From Candidatus Harrisonbacteria bacterium RIFCSPHIGHO2_02_FULL_42_16 (GTDB lineage: Bacteria; Patescibacteriota; Minisyncoccia; UBA6257; 02-FULL-45-10c): a DNA stretch of 64,000 nt. Numbering within the stretch: position 1 is the first letter of the stretch; every line of letters starts with the position of its first letter. The stretch spans positions 4,890 through 68,889 of the forward strand of contig MHJG01000003.1 of the NCBI GenBank assembly GCA_001818695.1, written 5' to 3'. The notes beneath the pieces were generated by a model. The model was not told where the DNA came from and did not search any database. It saw only the letters and a program-made list of their open reading frames with translations. A program made the position numbers and the translations under genes. This document shows positions 8,695-18,243 of this stretch, piece after piece.

Positions 8695-8749
8695 GGTAGA
8701 GAGGGGAAATAAAAAAAGTCGGCTGTATTTGCCGACTTAAAAACAATAT

Positions 8750-9148
8750 TTAGGGGAAACTTCCGCTTTTTATTGATTCAATAAGAGCCATCACTTTTTT
8801 GTATCCCTTTTTGTCATCTTCCCAGAGCGCTTCTATGGTACTCTTTCCTGAAAGCTGGTTGTTTTTAGAGATGAGAAATTTAGGAATATATTTTTCGGTA
8901 ATTAAGCCGGTTTCTGTCACCACCTCCATTACAGTTTTTAACCTGTTTAGAAATTGCTTTGTTTGCGCAAGATTGAGATACCGCACAATTAATTCTTCCG
9001 ATACATCGCCAAATTCGTTCTGAATCATTTCTGCCATCCGTTGCGCAGATAAGCCACGTTTATAATAATATAGTTTAAGCCGTTTATCGGTTTCCGGAGA
9101 AATTTCTATGAATTTTGTTTTCCTTTGCTGGAAAAATAACTTAATCAT
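8750..9148 (-). CDS. HTH plus Xre/MbcA/ParS-like antitoxin C-terminal domain
   Basis: N..L.GK..IE.L....G...V...I at C-terminus; poly-G RBS. Confidence 0.55.
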   Translation of the reverse strand: MIKLFFQQRKTKFIEISPETDKRLKLYYYKRGLSAQRMAEMIQNEFGDVSEELIVRYLNLAQTKQFLNRLKTVMEVVTETGLITEKYIPKFLISKNNQLSGKSTIEALWEDDKKGYKKVMALIESIKSGSFP

Positions 9149-9297
9149 TTGCCCCCCCAGTTTTTAAATGTGCTATTGTTATTTATGATAATTTATATAA
9201 TAAATTTATGCAAGTCCTTGGTGATATAAAAATATGACAACTAGATTTGAAGAAATAAAATGTTTATTATATAATCCCTTTATCGGGATTTTTAATT

Positions 9298-9606
9298 ATG
9301 AAGATAGATTCTAAATTAGTTCGCGATAAAATTCCAGAATATATCCGCAGTAAGGGTGGGAAACCGATTATGTATATTGCGGATGAAAAAGAATATCAGG
9401 AAAAGCTTAAAGAAAAATTAAAAGAAGAGGTTGAGGAATTTTTAAAAGCGGAAAATATGGAAGAAATGGCCGATGTTTTTGAGGTGATTACTGCAATTTT
9501 GGAAGATAAGAAATGGAGTATAGAACAAGTTGTGGAAGTTCAAAAAAAGAAGCGGGAAGAGCGCGGCGCATTTAAGGAAAGGATTATATTGGATGGATTC
9601 AATTGA
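9298..9606 (+). CDS. all-alpha NTP pyrophosphohydrolase (MazG/HisE-like)
   Basis: [34 protein letters not shown]. Confidence 0.85.
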   Translation: MKIDSKLVRDKIPEYIRSKGGKPIMYIADEKEYQEKLKEKLKEEVEEFLKAENMEEMADVFEVITAILEDKKWSIEQVVEVQKKKREERGAFKERIILDGFN

Positions 9607-9645
9607 CTTTTTTAGCTTGACTTTTTTAGCTTGACTTTTTTTAAC
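9603..9645 (+). repeat. 14-bp tandem repeat TTGACTTTTTTAGC, about 3 copies
   Basis: copies start at 9603, 9617 and 9631. Confidence 0.85.
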
Positions 9646-9696
9646 TGTCTGATAGTATGTTGATTAGTACCGTTTTTAACATAAAAGGAGAGATTT

Positions 9697-10065
9697 ATGC
9701 CCGGCATTAATCCTGAAAAAATCAGTGTGCTAGTCGCGTTTGGGGGAGTTTTTCTTCTCGGTGTCATTGGTTTTATTTTTACATGGTTTTCCAATTTTAG
9801 AAAGACGGGTCTTGATATAGATTCTTTAAGCGAGGCCGAGAGAAACATTTATAGTGAAGCGCAAAAAATGTTAGACAATGGCACAAACTCAATTGAGTTT
9901 TTTGAGAAATTTTTTAGAGTGGATGGTATGTTGCGAATGTTGTGGATTTCTGAAAAAAAAGGGGGAAAAATTGTTTCATTACCAATTTATAAGTGGTTGC
10001 AACACCAACTTGCTGTAATGCGCAAGACAGAATTAAAAGAATTTGAGAAAAAAATTCAGAAATAA
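9697..10065 (+). CDS. hypothetical protein with N-terminal TM helix
   Basis: AGGAG RBS, hydrophobic N-terminus, terminator 10085-10111. Confidence 0.7.
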   Translation: MPGINPEKISVLVAFGGVFLLGVIGFIFTWFSNFRKTGLDIDSLSEAERNIYSEAQKMLDNGTNSIEFFEKFFRVDGMLRMLWISEKKGGKIVSLPIYKWLQHQLAVMRKTELKEFEKKIQK

Positions 10066-10135
10066 TTAAGAAGATAGATATTTATAAAAAGTCGCGCAAG
10101 CGGCTTTTTTTGCATTCAGTTAATTACAACATAAT

Positions 10136-10852
10136 TTAATTGCAAGTGCAGACCCCGCTGGAATTTGGCTGGTTGGCACAAGTGCCTAAGTTGCCGTCGG
10201 ATTTGACGCAGGCGACTTTGCCGGTGCCGTCACCGGAAATGCCGCCAATTTTTATTTCACCGCTTAAATTTAAATCCTGCCAGCGGGTGGCGGACTGTCC
10301 GATATCGTAACTATTATCGGAACCAGGCACTAAATCAGAATCAAAGGTGGCGGCGCTGACCCTGGCGACTGCCGAGGAAATAGTTTTAGAAAATGCTTGC
10401 TGGGGGTTTTGAGTGTTGTAACTCATCGTCAAATCCAATTGCACCGAGTCATGGCCGGGAAAATTGGAAAGCCGGGTAAATCTTAAATCATTAACGATAA
10501 CATTATTGGTAGTTAGGGCAGAGGGCTCATTAGTTCCTTCCCGTAAATAAATTTTATTGGAACTTAGGTAAATTAGCGACGGGTCTTTTGCCTGGGCGCT
10601 CATCCTTAAAGTCAGCGAAGATATTGGAGCGCCGGCGGCAATGTCCACTGAACTGGATTCGCGGATAAGCCGCTGGATATTTTGAAGCGCGAAGTTAAGC
10701 TGTTGATTGACTTCCGTCGAAGCGGTCTGCCTGACTTGCACTTTAGTAACGGTAATTAGAATTGTTACGAAAAGAAAACTGATGGCCCCGATTAAAGCCG
10801 AATAAATCAGCACTTCAAATAAAGTAAAACCGCTTTTATTGGAATTAAACAT
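10136..10852 (-). CDS. type IV prepilin-like protein
   Basis: KSGFTLFEVLIY N-methylation motif plus hydrophobic helix. Confidence 0.88.
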   Translation of the reverse strand: MFNSNKSGFTLFEVLIYSALIGAISFLFVTILITVTKVQVRQTASTEVNQQLNFALQNIQRLIRESSSVDIAAGAPISSLTLRMSAQAKDPSLIYLSSNKIYLREGTNEPSALTTNNVIVNDLRFTRLSNFPGHDSVQLDLTMSYNTQNPQQAFSKTISSAVARVSAATFDSDLVPGSDNSYDIGQSATRWQDLNLSGEIKIGGISGDGTGKVACVKSDGNLGTCANQPNSSGVCTCN

Positions 10853-10861
10853 ATATTAAAA

Positions 10862-11464
10862 TTATACACCCGTGGGGTCGGTAAACAAAATTAGGATAGT
10901 TTTTAAAATTATTTTTAAATCCAGCCCCAATGACCGGTTTTTTACATAATAGCTGTCAAATTCTATTTCTTTCAGGAATGGCAAGCTGGAAGCGCCGTTG
11001 ACTTGGGATAAGCCGGTAACGCCGGCTTTGGCCAATATCAAATTTTTATATTCTTCCGGATATAAACTGATTTCTTCCGGTTCATGCGGGCGGGGCCCGA
11101 CCAGCGACAATTCTCCTTTTAAAACATTAATCAGCTGGGGAAATTCGTCAATTCTGAACTTTCTTAATATCTTTCCCGTCCGGGTCAGGCGCGGGTCATT
11201 TTTAATTTTGAAAAACGGGCCGTCCCGGCGTTCGTTTAAATGAGCCAAGTTCTTTTTTAAGAAATGAGCGCCGTCTTTCATGGAGCGGAATTTATATATT
11301 TTGATTATTCTACCTTGGCTGATTCTGTCCAGTTTTATCAAAACCGGCCCCGAGGAATTTAACTTAATAGCGATAGCAATGAACGGCCAAAACGGCGCTA
11401 TGGCGATAAGCCCCGCCGCGCTTATAAAAACATCAGTGAGCTGTTTCAAAATTCGGTAAGCCAT
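10862..11464 (-). CDS. polyprenyl-phosphate sugar transferase (WcaJ/CpsE-like)
   Basis: KFRSM, DPR.T..G..LR..RIDE.PQL.NV.KG.LSLVGPRP. Confidence 0.93.
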   Translation of the reverse strand: MAYRILKQLTDVFISAAGLIAIAPFWPFIAIAIKLNSSGPVLIKLDRISQGRIIKIYKFRSMKDGAHFLKKNLAHLNERRDGPFFKIKNDPRLTRTGKILRKFRIDEFPQLINVLKGELSLVGPRPHEPEEISLYPEEYKNLILAKAGVTGLSQVNGASSLPFLKEIEFDSYYVKNRSLGLDLKIILKTILILFTDPTGV

Positions 11465-11481
11465 TATACAATTATATCATT

Positions 11482-12567
11482 ATGAAAGTTGCTTTAGCGC
11501 ACGATTATCTGAATCAATATGGCGGAGCGGAAAGGGTTTTGGAAGTTTTCTGCGAGATTTTTCCGGAAGCCCCGATTTACACGCTTTTTTATGACGAAGA
11601 AAAGACCTTGGGAAAATTTCGTGGCAGAGAAATCAAAACCAGTTTTTTAAATAAAGAAATCGTCATTAAAAATCACCATCTATTTATACCCCTGATGCCG
11701 TTTGCGGCCGCCCAGCTTAATTTGGGTTCAGAATATGACTTAGTTTTATCTTCCAGCGCCGGTTATGGCAAGGGTATAAGCTATGGGAGTAAAACTGCGC
11801 ATATCAGTTATTGCCATACTCCTTTGAGATATGCTTGGGAATTTGATGAGTATTTAGATTGGCATCCAATTTTAAAGCTGGCAACTTCTTCTGTTGCTTG
11901 GTATTTGCGTTACTGGGATTATTCTGCCGGCCAGAAACCCGATGCCTTAATTGCCAATTCCCGCCATATCGCCTCTAAAATTCAAAAGTATTATAATCGC
12001 CAGTCGGAAGTTTTATATCCGCCGGTAGACCTGAAAACTTTTTATCGGGACAAAAAAATCCAAAAAGCCGGTTATTTCCTCGCGGCGGGAAGATTATTAA
12101 AATATAAAAGATTTGATTTAGTCATAGACGCTTTTAATAAAATGAAACTGCCTCTTTTGATTGTCGGCGGCGGTCCGGAAGTCGTTAATTTGCGGCGGAT
12201 GGCAAAATCGTCTAAAATAAATTTTTTGCCGTTTGCCAATGATGAACGTCTGCGGGTTCTTTATAACGGCGCCGGAGCGCTGATTTTTCCTCAAGAGGAA
12301 GATTTCGGATTGGTGGCGGCGGAAGCGCAAGCCTGCGGCACGCCGGTAATCGCTTTTTCGCAAGGCGGCGCGAAAGAAATAGCGGAAGAAGGTAAAACCG
12401 GAATTTTCTTTCATCATCAGAATGCTGAAGACTTGATAGCGGCGGTTAAAAAATTCTTACTGAGCAAATTTGACGAAGATTATATACGCAATTCCGCGAA
12501 ACGGTTTTCCAAAGAAAAATTTAAAAATAAAATTTTAAAAATAGTAAGTAATGCCATTATTGCTTAA
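11482..12567 (+). CDS. GT4 glycosyltransferase
   Basis: HDYLNQYGGAERV, EEDFGL..AEAQACGTPV. Confidence 0.93.
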   Translation: MKVALAHDYLNQYGGAERVLEVFCEIFPEAPIYTLFYDEEKTLGKFRGREIKTSFLNKEIVIKNHHLFIPLMPFAAAQLNLGSEYDLVLSSSAGYGKGISYGSKTAHISYCHTPLRYAWEFDEYLDWHPILKLATSSVAWYLRYWDYSAGQKPDALIANSRHIASKIQKYYNRQSEVLYPPVDLKTFYRDKKIQKAGYFLAAGRLLKYKRFDLVIDAFNKMKLPLLIVGGGPEVVNLRRMAKSSKINFLPFANDERLRVLYNGAGALIFPQEEDFGLVAAEAQACGTPVIAFSQGGAKEIAEEGKTGIFFHHQNAEDLIAAVKKFLLSKFDEDYIRNSAKRFSKEKFKNKILKIVSNAIIA

Positions 12568-12620
12568 TTGGAAATTATACTGTAACATTAAAGCAGTTTC
12601 TTGAATGGGGGATTTTTGAA

Positions 12621-12848
12621 ATGGCGCGGAAAAAGAAAAACGGCAATTCAAAGAAAAGATTGATAGAAGAGGACAAAATAGACCTTGCTATATTTAGGGC
12701 TCGGAGAAATCAGCGCTCATTTCTTTGGGGAGCGGCATCGGTAAGAAAATTGACCGCTAAAGAAAAGCGGATGATTAAAAGGAGCAAAAAAGCTATTGAA
12801 TCAGGTAAGTTAAGCAAATTAAAATTATCGTCAAAGAACCGGATTTAA
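12621..12848 (+). CDS. small basic hypothetical protein
   Basis: poly-G RBS and downstream terminator 12868-12890. Confidence 0.5.
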   Translation: MARKKKNGNSKKRLIEEDKIDLAIFRARRNQRSFLWGAASVRKLTAKEKRMIKRSKKAIESGKLSKLKLSSKNRI

Positions 12849-12922
12849 TTGAGGGGTGGGACTAAACGCCTCGCATAGCGGGGCTTTTTTATTGGCTGGT
12901 TTTAGGGTAAAATCCATTCATC

Positions 12923-14782
12923 ATGGCTTTAGAAAATATCCGTAATTTTTGCATTATTGCGCACGTAGACCACGGCAAATCAACGTTGGCTGACCGGTTT
13001 TTGGAAATTACCGGAACAGTGGAGAAACGGCGGATGAAAGAGCAGTATTTAGACCAGCTGGAACTGGAAAGAGAACGGGGCATTACAATTAAGATGGCTC
13101 CAGTACGTATGACTTATATCCTAAACGCCACATCTTATACCCTAAACTTAATTGATACGCCTGGCCACACGGATTTTTCTTATGAAGTGTCTCGCGCGCT
13201 GGCGGCAGTGGAAGGCGCTATATTATTAGTGGATGCCACGCAGGGAATTCAGGCGCAAACTTTAGCGGTATTCAACGCGGCAAAAAAATCTGGCTTAACC
13301 GTAATCGGCGCAGTTAATAAGATTGATTTAAAATCGGATTCGCTTGGAGAAGTGATAAAAAGCGTTGCGGAATTGCTCGGCGTTCCGGAAGAAGAAATTT
13401 TTAAGGTATCCGGAAAAACTGGCGAGGGAGTGGAAGATTTGTTAAAAGCGGTTATAGAACAGATGCCTTCTCCGACAGAGGCGAAGAAAATTTTCCAAGC
13501 GTTAATTTTTGATAGTTTTTACCATGAGCATAAAGGTATTGTGGCGGCGGCGCGGGTTTTTAGCGGAAATTTAAATTCCGGCGACGATGCTTATTTAATC
13601 GCAACTAACACCGCATTTAAAGTTAAAGAATTGGGGCATTTTTCTCCCGAATTAAAATCAGACGCAAAATTGGAAAGCGGCCAAATCGGCTATATCGCTA
13701 CCGGATTGAAAAATCCGGATTTACTGAAAATCGGCGACACCATTATTAACGCTGATTTGCGCAGATTTTTTACGCGGATAAACGCAGATAATATCCGCGA
13801 GAATCCGCGTTTTGATCCGCGAGAATCCGCGTCTTTGGCTTTGCCCGGCTACCAGGAGCCTCAACCGGTGGTTTTTGTTTCTTTTTATCCCGACGATAAC
13901 GATGATTACGAAAATTTAAAAAACGATTTGGAAAAATTAAAATTAAACGATTCGGCGCTGAAATTCGAGCCGGACTTCAACGAGTTTTTAGGCAGGGGAT
14001 TTAAAACCGGATTTTTGGGCCGTTTGCATTTTGAAATTACCGCCGAGCGGTTAGAAAAAGAATTTCACATAAAAACCGTTCACAGCTTCCCATCGGTTTC
14101 TTATAAAGTGAAAACGGCTGGCAACAAATGGATTTTTGTTAATAATCCGAAAGATTTTCCCGCTGATTATTCAGAGGCGATGGAACCAGTCGCAAAACTG
14201 GAAATTATCGCTCCGGAACAATATATGGGCGCGGTAATCCAGCTTCAAAGGAATTTCCGCTTAAAAAATATAGAGACCAAGAATTTCGGCAATAAAAGCA
14301 TTTTAATATCCGCTGAATTGCCTTTAGTTGATTTAATAAGCAATTTTGACGACCAATTAAAATCGGTCTCTGCCGGGTACGCTTCTTTAAGCTATGAAAT
14401 TTCCGGATTTCAGAAAACCGAAGCGGCAAAATTGGAAATTTTAGTTGCCGGACAAATCGTCAGCGGGCTGACCAGAATCGTCCATAAAGGTGATTTAGAG
14501 CGCGAAGCGCGGAAGACCGTTGAACGGCTTAAGGATTTGCTTCCCCGCCAGCAATTTTTGCAGGCGATTCAGGCAATGAGCGGGGGACGGATTATTGCCA
14601 GAGAAAACATACCGGCAATGAAAAAACTGCTCGGCAATTTCGGGAAAACCGGCGGCGATCGCACCAGAAAAATGAAATTATGGAAAAAACAAAAACGCGG
14701 CAAGGGCAAACTCAAAGAACTGGCGTCTAAAACTAAGATTCACATTCCGGCTAATGTATTTAAAGAATTACTAAATAAATAA
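12923..14782 (+). CDS. lepA: elongation factor 4
   Basis: IAHVDHGKSTLADR, ERERGITIK, GFLG.LH, GGD.TRK.KL. Confidence 0.98.
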   Translation: MALENIRNFCIIAHVDHGKSTLADRFLEITGTVEKRRMKEQYLDQLELERERGITIKMAPVRMTYILNATSYTLNLIDTPGHTDFSYEVSRALAAVEGAILLVDATQGIQAQTLAVFNAAKKSGLTVIGAVNKIDLKSDSLGEVIKSVAELLGVPEEEIFKVSGKTGEGVEDLLKAVIEQMPSPTEAKKIFQALIFDSFYHEHKGIVAAARVFSGNLNSGDDAYLIATNTAFKVKELGHFSPELKSDAKLESGQIGYIATGLKNPDLLKIGDTIINADLRRFFTRINADNIRENPRFDPRESASLALPGYQEPQPVVFVSFYPDDNDDYENLKNDLEKLKLNDSALKFEPDFNEFLGRGFKTGFLGRLHFEITAERLEKEFHIKTVHSFPSVSYKVKTAGNKWIFVNNPKDFPADYSEAMEPVAKLEIIAPEQYMGAVIQLQRNFRLKNIETKNFGNKSILISAELPLVDLISNFDDQLKSVSAGYASLSYEISGFQKTEAAKLEILVAGQIVSGLTRIVHKGDLEREARKTVERLKDLLPRQQFLQAIQAMSGGRIIARENIPAMKKLLGNFGKTGGDRTRKMKLWKKQKRGKGKLKELASKTKIHIPANVFKELLNK

Positions 14783-14797
14783 TGTTATTATTACGGG

Positions 14798-15091
14798 ATG
14801 AAACGGGTACTAACCATAATTTTGTTTCTTATTTTAGCGACACTTTCGGCGCAGTTTTACAAATTGTATATCATAAACCGAAAATTAAGCGGCGAACTGT
14901 TTTCCGCGAAAGAAAAGGTTTCCGGCTTTTTGGAAGAAAATAAAAAATTGCAGGCCGATTTGGAATATTTTGCCGTTCCGGAAAATCTGGAAAAAGAGCT
15001 TCGAGGGCAGTTTAATTACAAAAAACCGGGCGAAAAATTAATTATAGCGGTGCCGCCTAAAAGCACGACTACCGTTACTACAGAATTATGA
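14798..15091 (+). CDS. septum formation initiator (FtsB/DivIC-like)
   Basis: TM helix, coiled coil, LEKE.R...NY.KPGE. Confidence 0.75.
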   Translation: MKRVLTIILFLILATLSAQFYKLYIINRKLSGELFSAKEKVSGFLEENKKLQADLEYFAVPENLEKELRGQFNYKKPGEKLIIAVPPKSTTTVTTEL

Positions 15092-15666
15092 CTTATAAAC
15101 AATCTATCGCTTTATTTACTGCTTTTATCATGGGGGGGCTAGGAATACTTGGTTTGACCAGGCAGGGTTTTTATCCGGTTGCGATTGTCGGCTTTGACGT
15201 AATTACCGCGCGTTCTTTAGAAAAAGATTTTTCGTCCGCCTATATTTATTATCAAAAGGCAGCGGCAACTTACGGCGCTAATCCGGAATTGATTGCCCAG
15301 CCGGAATCCCGGCTGGAAATTAAAAGAGCGGCGCTGGATAATCTTATTTTGAATGCAATGATATATCAAGAAATAAACTTCCGATTGAAAGGGGATTTAG
15401 GAAAGATTGCCGAGCAAAAACTGGCTCAGTTTGAGAATAACGTCAATCTCAAAGAATCAGCAAAAACGCTTTACGGGCTGGAATTTTCCGATTTTAAAAA
15501 ACAGGTCTTACTGCCGCAGTCCTATAAGGAAATTTTGGAAGGGAGATTGTTTTTGGAAAATAAAAATCTTAATGATTGGCTGGCGAAAAAACGGGAATCG
15601 AAAAGAGTGCTTATTTTGTCGCCGGAATTTGAGTGGCAAAACGGCTTGTTAACGGTTAAAAAATAG
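15088..15666 (+). CDS. SurA N-terminal-like membrane-anchored chaperone
   Basis: TM, PVAIVG..VIT, LD.LI, LYG....DF. Confidence 0.6.
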   Translation: MTYKQSIALFTAFIMGGLGILGLTRQGFYPVAIVGFDVITARSLEKDFSSAYIYYQKAAATYGANPELIAQPESRLEIKRAALDNLILNAMIYQEINFRLKGDLGKIAEQKLAQFENNVNLKESAKTLYGLEFSDFKKQVLLPQSYKEILEGRLFLENKNLNDWLAKKRESKRVLILSPEFEWQNGLLTVKK

Positions 15667-15684
15667 TGTTTTATAAGTGAATCT

Positions 15685-15796
15685 GCGGGCGTAGTATAGC
15701 CCCGACGCATATATTATAAATATAGATATTGAAGTCGGGGAGCCGACTTCGCCAGAGGCGAACGTCGGCTTGGTAGTGCGGCAGCTTCCCAAGCCG
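15685..15796 (+). pseudogene. tRNA-Gly(CCC) 5' remnant interrupted by a palindromic insert
   Basis: GCGGGCGTAGTATAG [insert 15700-15770] TGGTAGTGCGGCAGCTTCCCAAGCCG; no T-arm follows. Confidence 0.6.
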
Positions 15797-15820
15797 AGCA
15801 GTGAAAATGCGAGTGAGTAT

Positions 15821-15894
15821 GCAGATGTCGTATAGTGGCAGTACATAACCTTCCCAAGGTTAGAGCGTGGGTTCGATTCCCATCATCTGCTCCA
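15821..15894 (+). tRNA. tRNA-Gly(CCC)
   Basis: cloverleaf, anticodon loop TTCCCAA, GGTTCGATTCC, encoded CCA. Confidence 0.95.
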
Positions 15895-15968
15895 GAAGTT
15901 GTATTTTTAATGTATTTTTGATACGCTAATTTTAGAATGCTTGATAACTTAGAATTTAGGAGGCAGCT

Positions 15969-16964
15969 ATGCTTGGATTTTGGGAAACGAAACTACGGAA
16001 TAAAAGTATATTTTTATACGGCTTTTCGCCGTTTTTGGAAGAAGCCGGAACCTTGCTTTTGGCCGCAAAACATCTTTGGCATCCGTGGTCAGTTAAGCGC
16101 GCAGAGGAGATGGTAAAAATTTCTTACACATTAAAAGACCGCGCTAAAATGTTAAGAGAAAATGGCTTAGCGTGGGCAAGTAATGCATCAGAGTTCGGAG
16201 AAGACCCGGCTTATCTTTTGTCCACGTCTGTTTATCAGCGATATCACAGTAATGATACAAAAATAATGCCTTGTCCTGAAGCCGCGCCGTATATGGCGTC
16301 AGCGGCGACTAAGATTCTTTTTAATATTCTTCCGACGTTTAAAAAACTTGAAGAACTATCGTATGAAGAAAAAGGTTGGGTTAGGTGGCTTTCCGAAATA
16401 ATTGAGACCCTGATGGAATCTCCTTACACCAATTCCGTGCTTGAAATTTCGGATAATATGACGAGAGCCATAGGCGCTCACGCAATTTTAATTGAGTGTG
16501 AGGGCTTAGCATATACGCAGGCGACCATAGAAAACAGTTTTAATCTGAAGAATAAAAGCCCAAAACGAAAAAAGAAATCACGTCTTTCCGATGCCGAATT
16601 AAGAAAGTTAGCTTTCGAAATCGGTATGTCGTTTGAGGCAGTAAAAGAAGTATTTGAAACCAAATCCTCTTCTTGGTGGAATCAAGCGACAAAGTATAAA
16701 AATCAGGCCCAAGCGCAACGAGAATTATTTTTATCCTCTGTCTCCGCGAAAGATCAGATTAAGGAAGGAATTAGAGTTGCGTGGAATCCGGGTATGGTTA
16801 CACAAAACAGCCATCCTGAATGTTGGAGTGAAAAAACACTCACTAAATCAGAGAACATCATAAAAACTTTTATTTCTATGTTTCTCTTTTTTGTTGAAAA
16901 TGAAAAATCAGAAAATCTCGGCAATACTTTACAGATTGCCGTAAAAAATGTTGGATTAATTTAA
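15969..16964 (+). CDS. hypothetical protein (islet downstream of tRNA-Gly)
   Basis: 331-aa ORF, AGGAGG RBS, terminator 16971-17000. Confidence 0.75.
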   Translation: MLGFWETKLRNKSIFLYGFSPFLEEAGTLLLAAKHLWHPWSVKRAEEMVKISYTLKDRAKMLRENGLAWASNASEFGEDPAYLLSTSVYQRYHSNDTKIMPCPEAAPYMASAATKILFNILPTFKKLEELSYEEKGWVRWLSEIIETLMESPYTNSVLEISDNMTRAIGAHAILIECEGLAYTQATIENSFNLKNKSPKRKKKSRLSDAELRKLAFEIGMSFEAVKEVFETKSSSWWNQATKYKNQAQAQRELFLSSVSAKDQIKEGIRVAWNPGMVTQNSHPECWSEKTLTKSENIIKTFISMFLFFVENEKSENLGNTLQIAVKNVGLI

Positions 16965-17006
16965 ATTATCAAAAACTCAGTAATTTCACTGAGTTTTTTA
17001 ATTTTA

Positions 17007-17432
17007 TTATTCAACCGTTACTGCGCCGAAATAACTCGGATTTAAGTGGTCATGATATTTCCATTCTCCCGGAATATCAAATTTGAAAGACCATGATTCC
17101 CCGGGCAAAACGCCTTTGCAGGCGTCAAAGGTGCTTCCGAGGCATCCGCCGATGGTCGGATAAACTTTGTGGGTGGGATGCATGGCGGAGGCGGGCCAAA
17201 CCGAACGACTGCTGTTATTTTTAAAAGTAACCATCATTCCTTTTTTAACCGTTAAGGTCTTGGACGCGAATCCGCTGTCGGTATAAGTAATTGTTTGCGT
17301 GGATGCCGTTAAATCTTCGTCGGCCGATTCATTTGGCGACGTTGTCGGCGCCTGTAATTGTTGGTTATTCCAAAACCAGTAGGCCGCGACAACGGCTAAC
17401 GCCGCGCCTGACCAAATTATTTTTTTAATCAT
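17007..17432 (-). CDS. cupredoxin/plastocyanin-like protein
   Basis: WPASAMHPTH, PGEWKYHDHLNP, N-terminal anchor. Confidence 0.8.
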   Translation of the reverse strand: MIKKIIWSGAALAVVAAYWFWNNQQLQAPTTSPNESADEDLTASTQTITYTDSGFASKTLTVKKGMMVTFKNNSSRSVWPASAMHPTHKVYPTIGGCLGSTFDACKGVLPGESWSFKFDIPGEWKYHDHLNPSYFGAVTVE

Positions 17433-17440
17433 AAACTTAT

Positions 17441-17818
17441 TTAATTTATTTTTTTTACGACCTTTAGTGGAGAGGATTCTGTTATAAGAGCGATAGCGCC
17501 GGCTAACAGGCCGATGTCCCTAACTGTTATATCGGTTATGCCGCTGGTAATCAAGACGGTGATAATATGGGCCACGGCGGCAAGCGCCACCAGCCAGGTC
17601 CATAAATTTGTTAAAAGCAATACTCCAATAATAGCATCCAGCGCCGCAGTTCCCAGCATTGCTTGCTCAACTGGAATTGGCAGTAATTTTGCCGCCCAGG
17701 GCTGAAGATAGCCGCCCCACGCTTCCGGCTCCATAAAAATCATTATTCCTATCCAAAGGAAAGTTATTCCTAATCCGATTCGCAGGATATGGAAAGATAA
17801 TTTATCCGTTTTTATCAT
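17441..17818 (-). CDS. DoxX family membrane protein
   Basis: LRIGLGITFLW.G, VRDIGLL, four TM helices. Confidence 0.8.
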   Translation of the reverse strand: MIKTDKLSFHILRIGLGITFLWIGIMIFMEPEAWGGYLQPWAAKLLPIPVEQAMLGTAALDAIIGVLLLTNLWTWLVALAAVAHIITVLITSGITDITVRDIGLLAGAIALITESSPLKVVKKIN

Positions 17819-17886
17819 ATAAATATAATAGCAAAATTATGCTGTTGATTGAATTAAACGTCGCTTAAAACTAAATTTATTTTTGT

Positions 17887-17928
17887 TTCCTCATATCCCT
17901 TATTCGTGAGAATAAGGGATATGAGGAA
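17887..17928. repeat. perfect 19-bp-arm hairpin (loop GTGA) upstream of ArsR gene 1
   Basis: TTCCTCATATCCCTTATTC-GTGA-GAATAAGGGATATGAGGAA. Confidence 0.9.
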
Positions 17929-17976
17929 TTTGAATATTGCAATAGTTTGTGATATTCTGATTAAATTATAAAAACG

Positions 17977-18243
17977 ATGGAAAAAATTTTGAAAGCGGTA
18001 GCGAATAAAAGAAGATTATTAATCTTAAAATTATTGATGAAAAACAGAGAAATGAATGTAGCGGAAATTTCTGAAAATATCCAATTATCTTTTAAGTCCA
18101 CTTCCAGGCATTTATCTCAGCTGTCGGGATTGGATATTGTTAATAAAGATCAAAAAGGTCTTTTTGTATATTACAGTATATCTAAAAAACATCTGCCGTT
18201 AGTCAAATTTGTTTTTTCTTATACCCCTTATTCTCACGAATAA
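17977..18243 (+). CDS. ArsR/SmtB family wHTH regulator
   Basis: LKAVAN.RRL.IL..L, V.EI...I.LS..STS.HL..L, G..VYYS. Confidence 0.9.
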   Translation: MEKILKAVANKRRLLILKLLMKNREMNVAEISENIQLSFKSTSRHLSQLSGLDIVNKDQKGLFVYYSISKKHLPLVKFVFSYTPYSHE

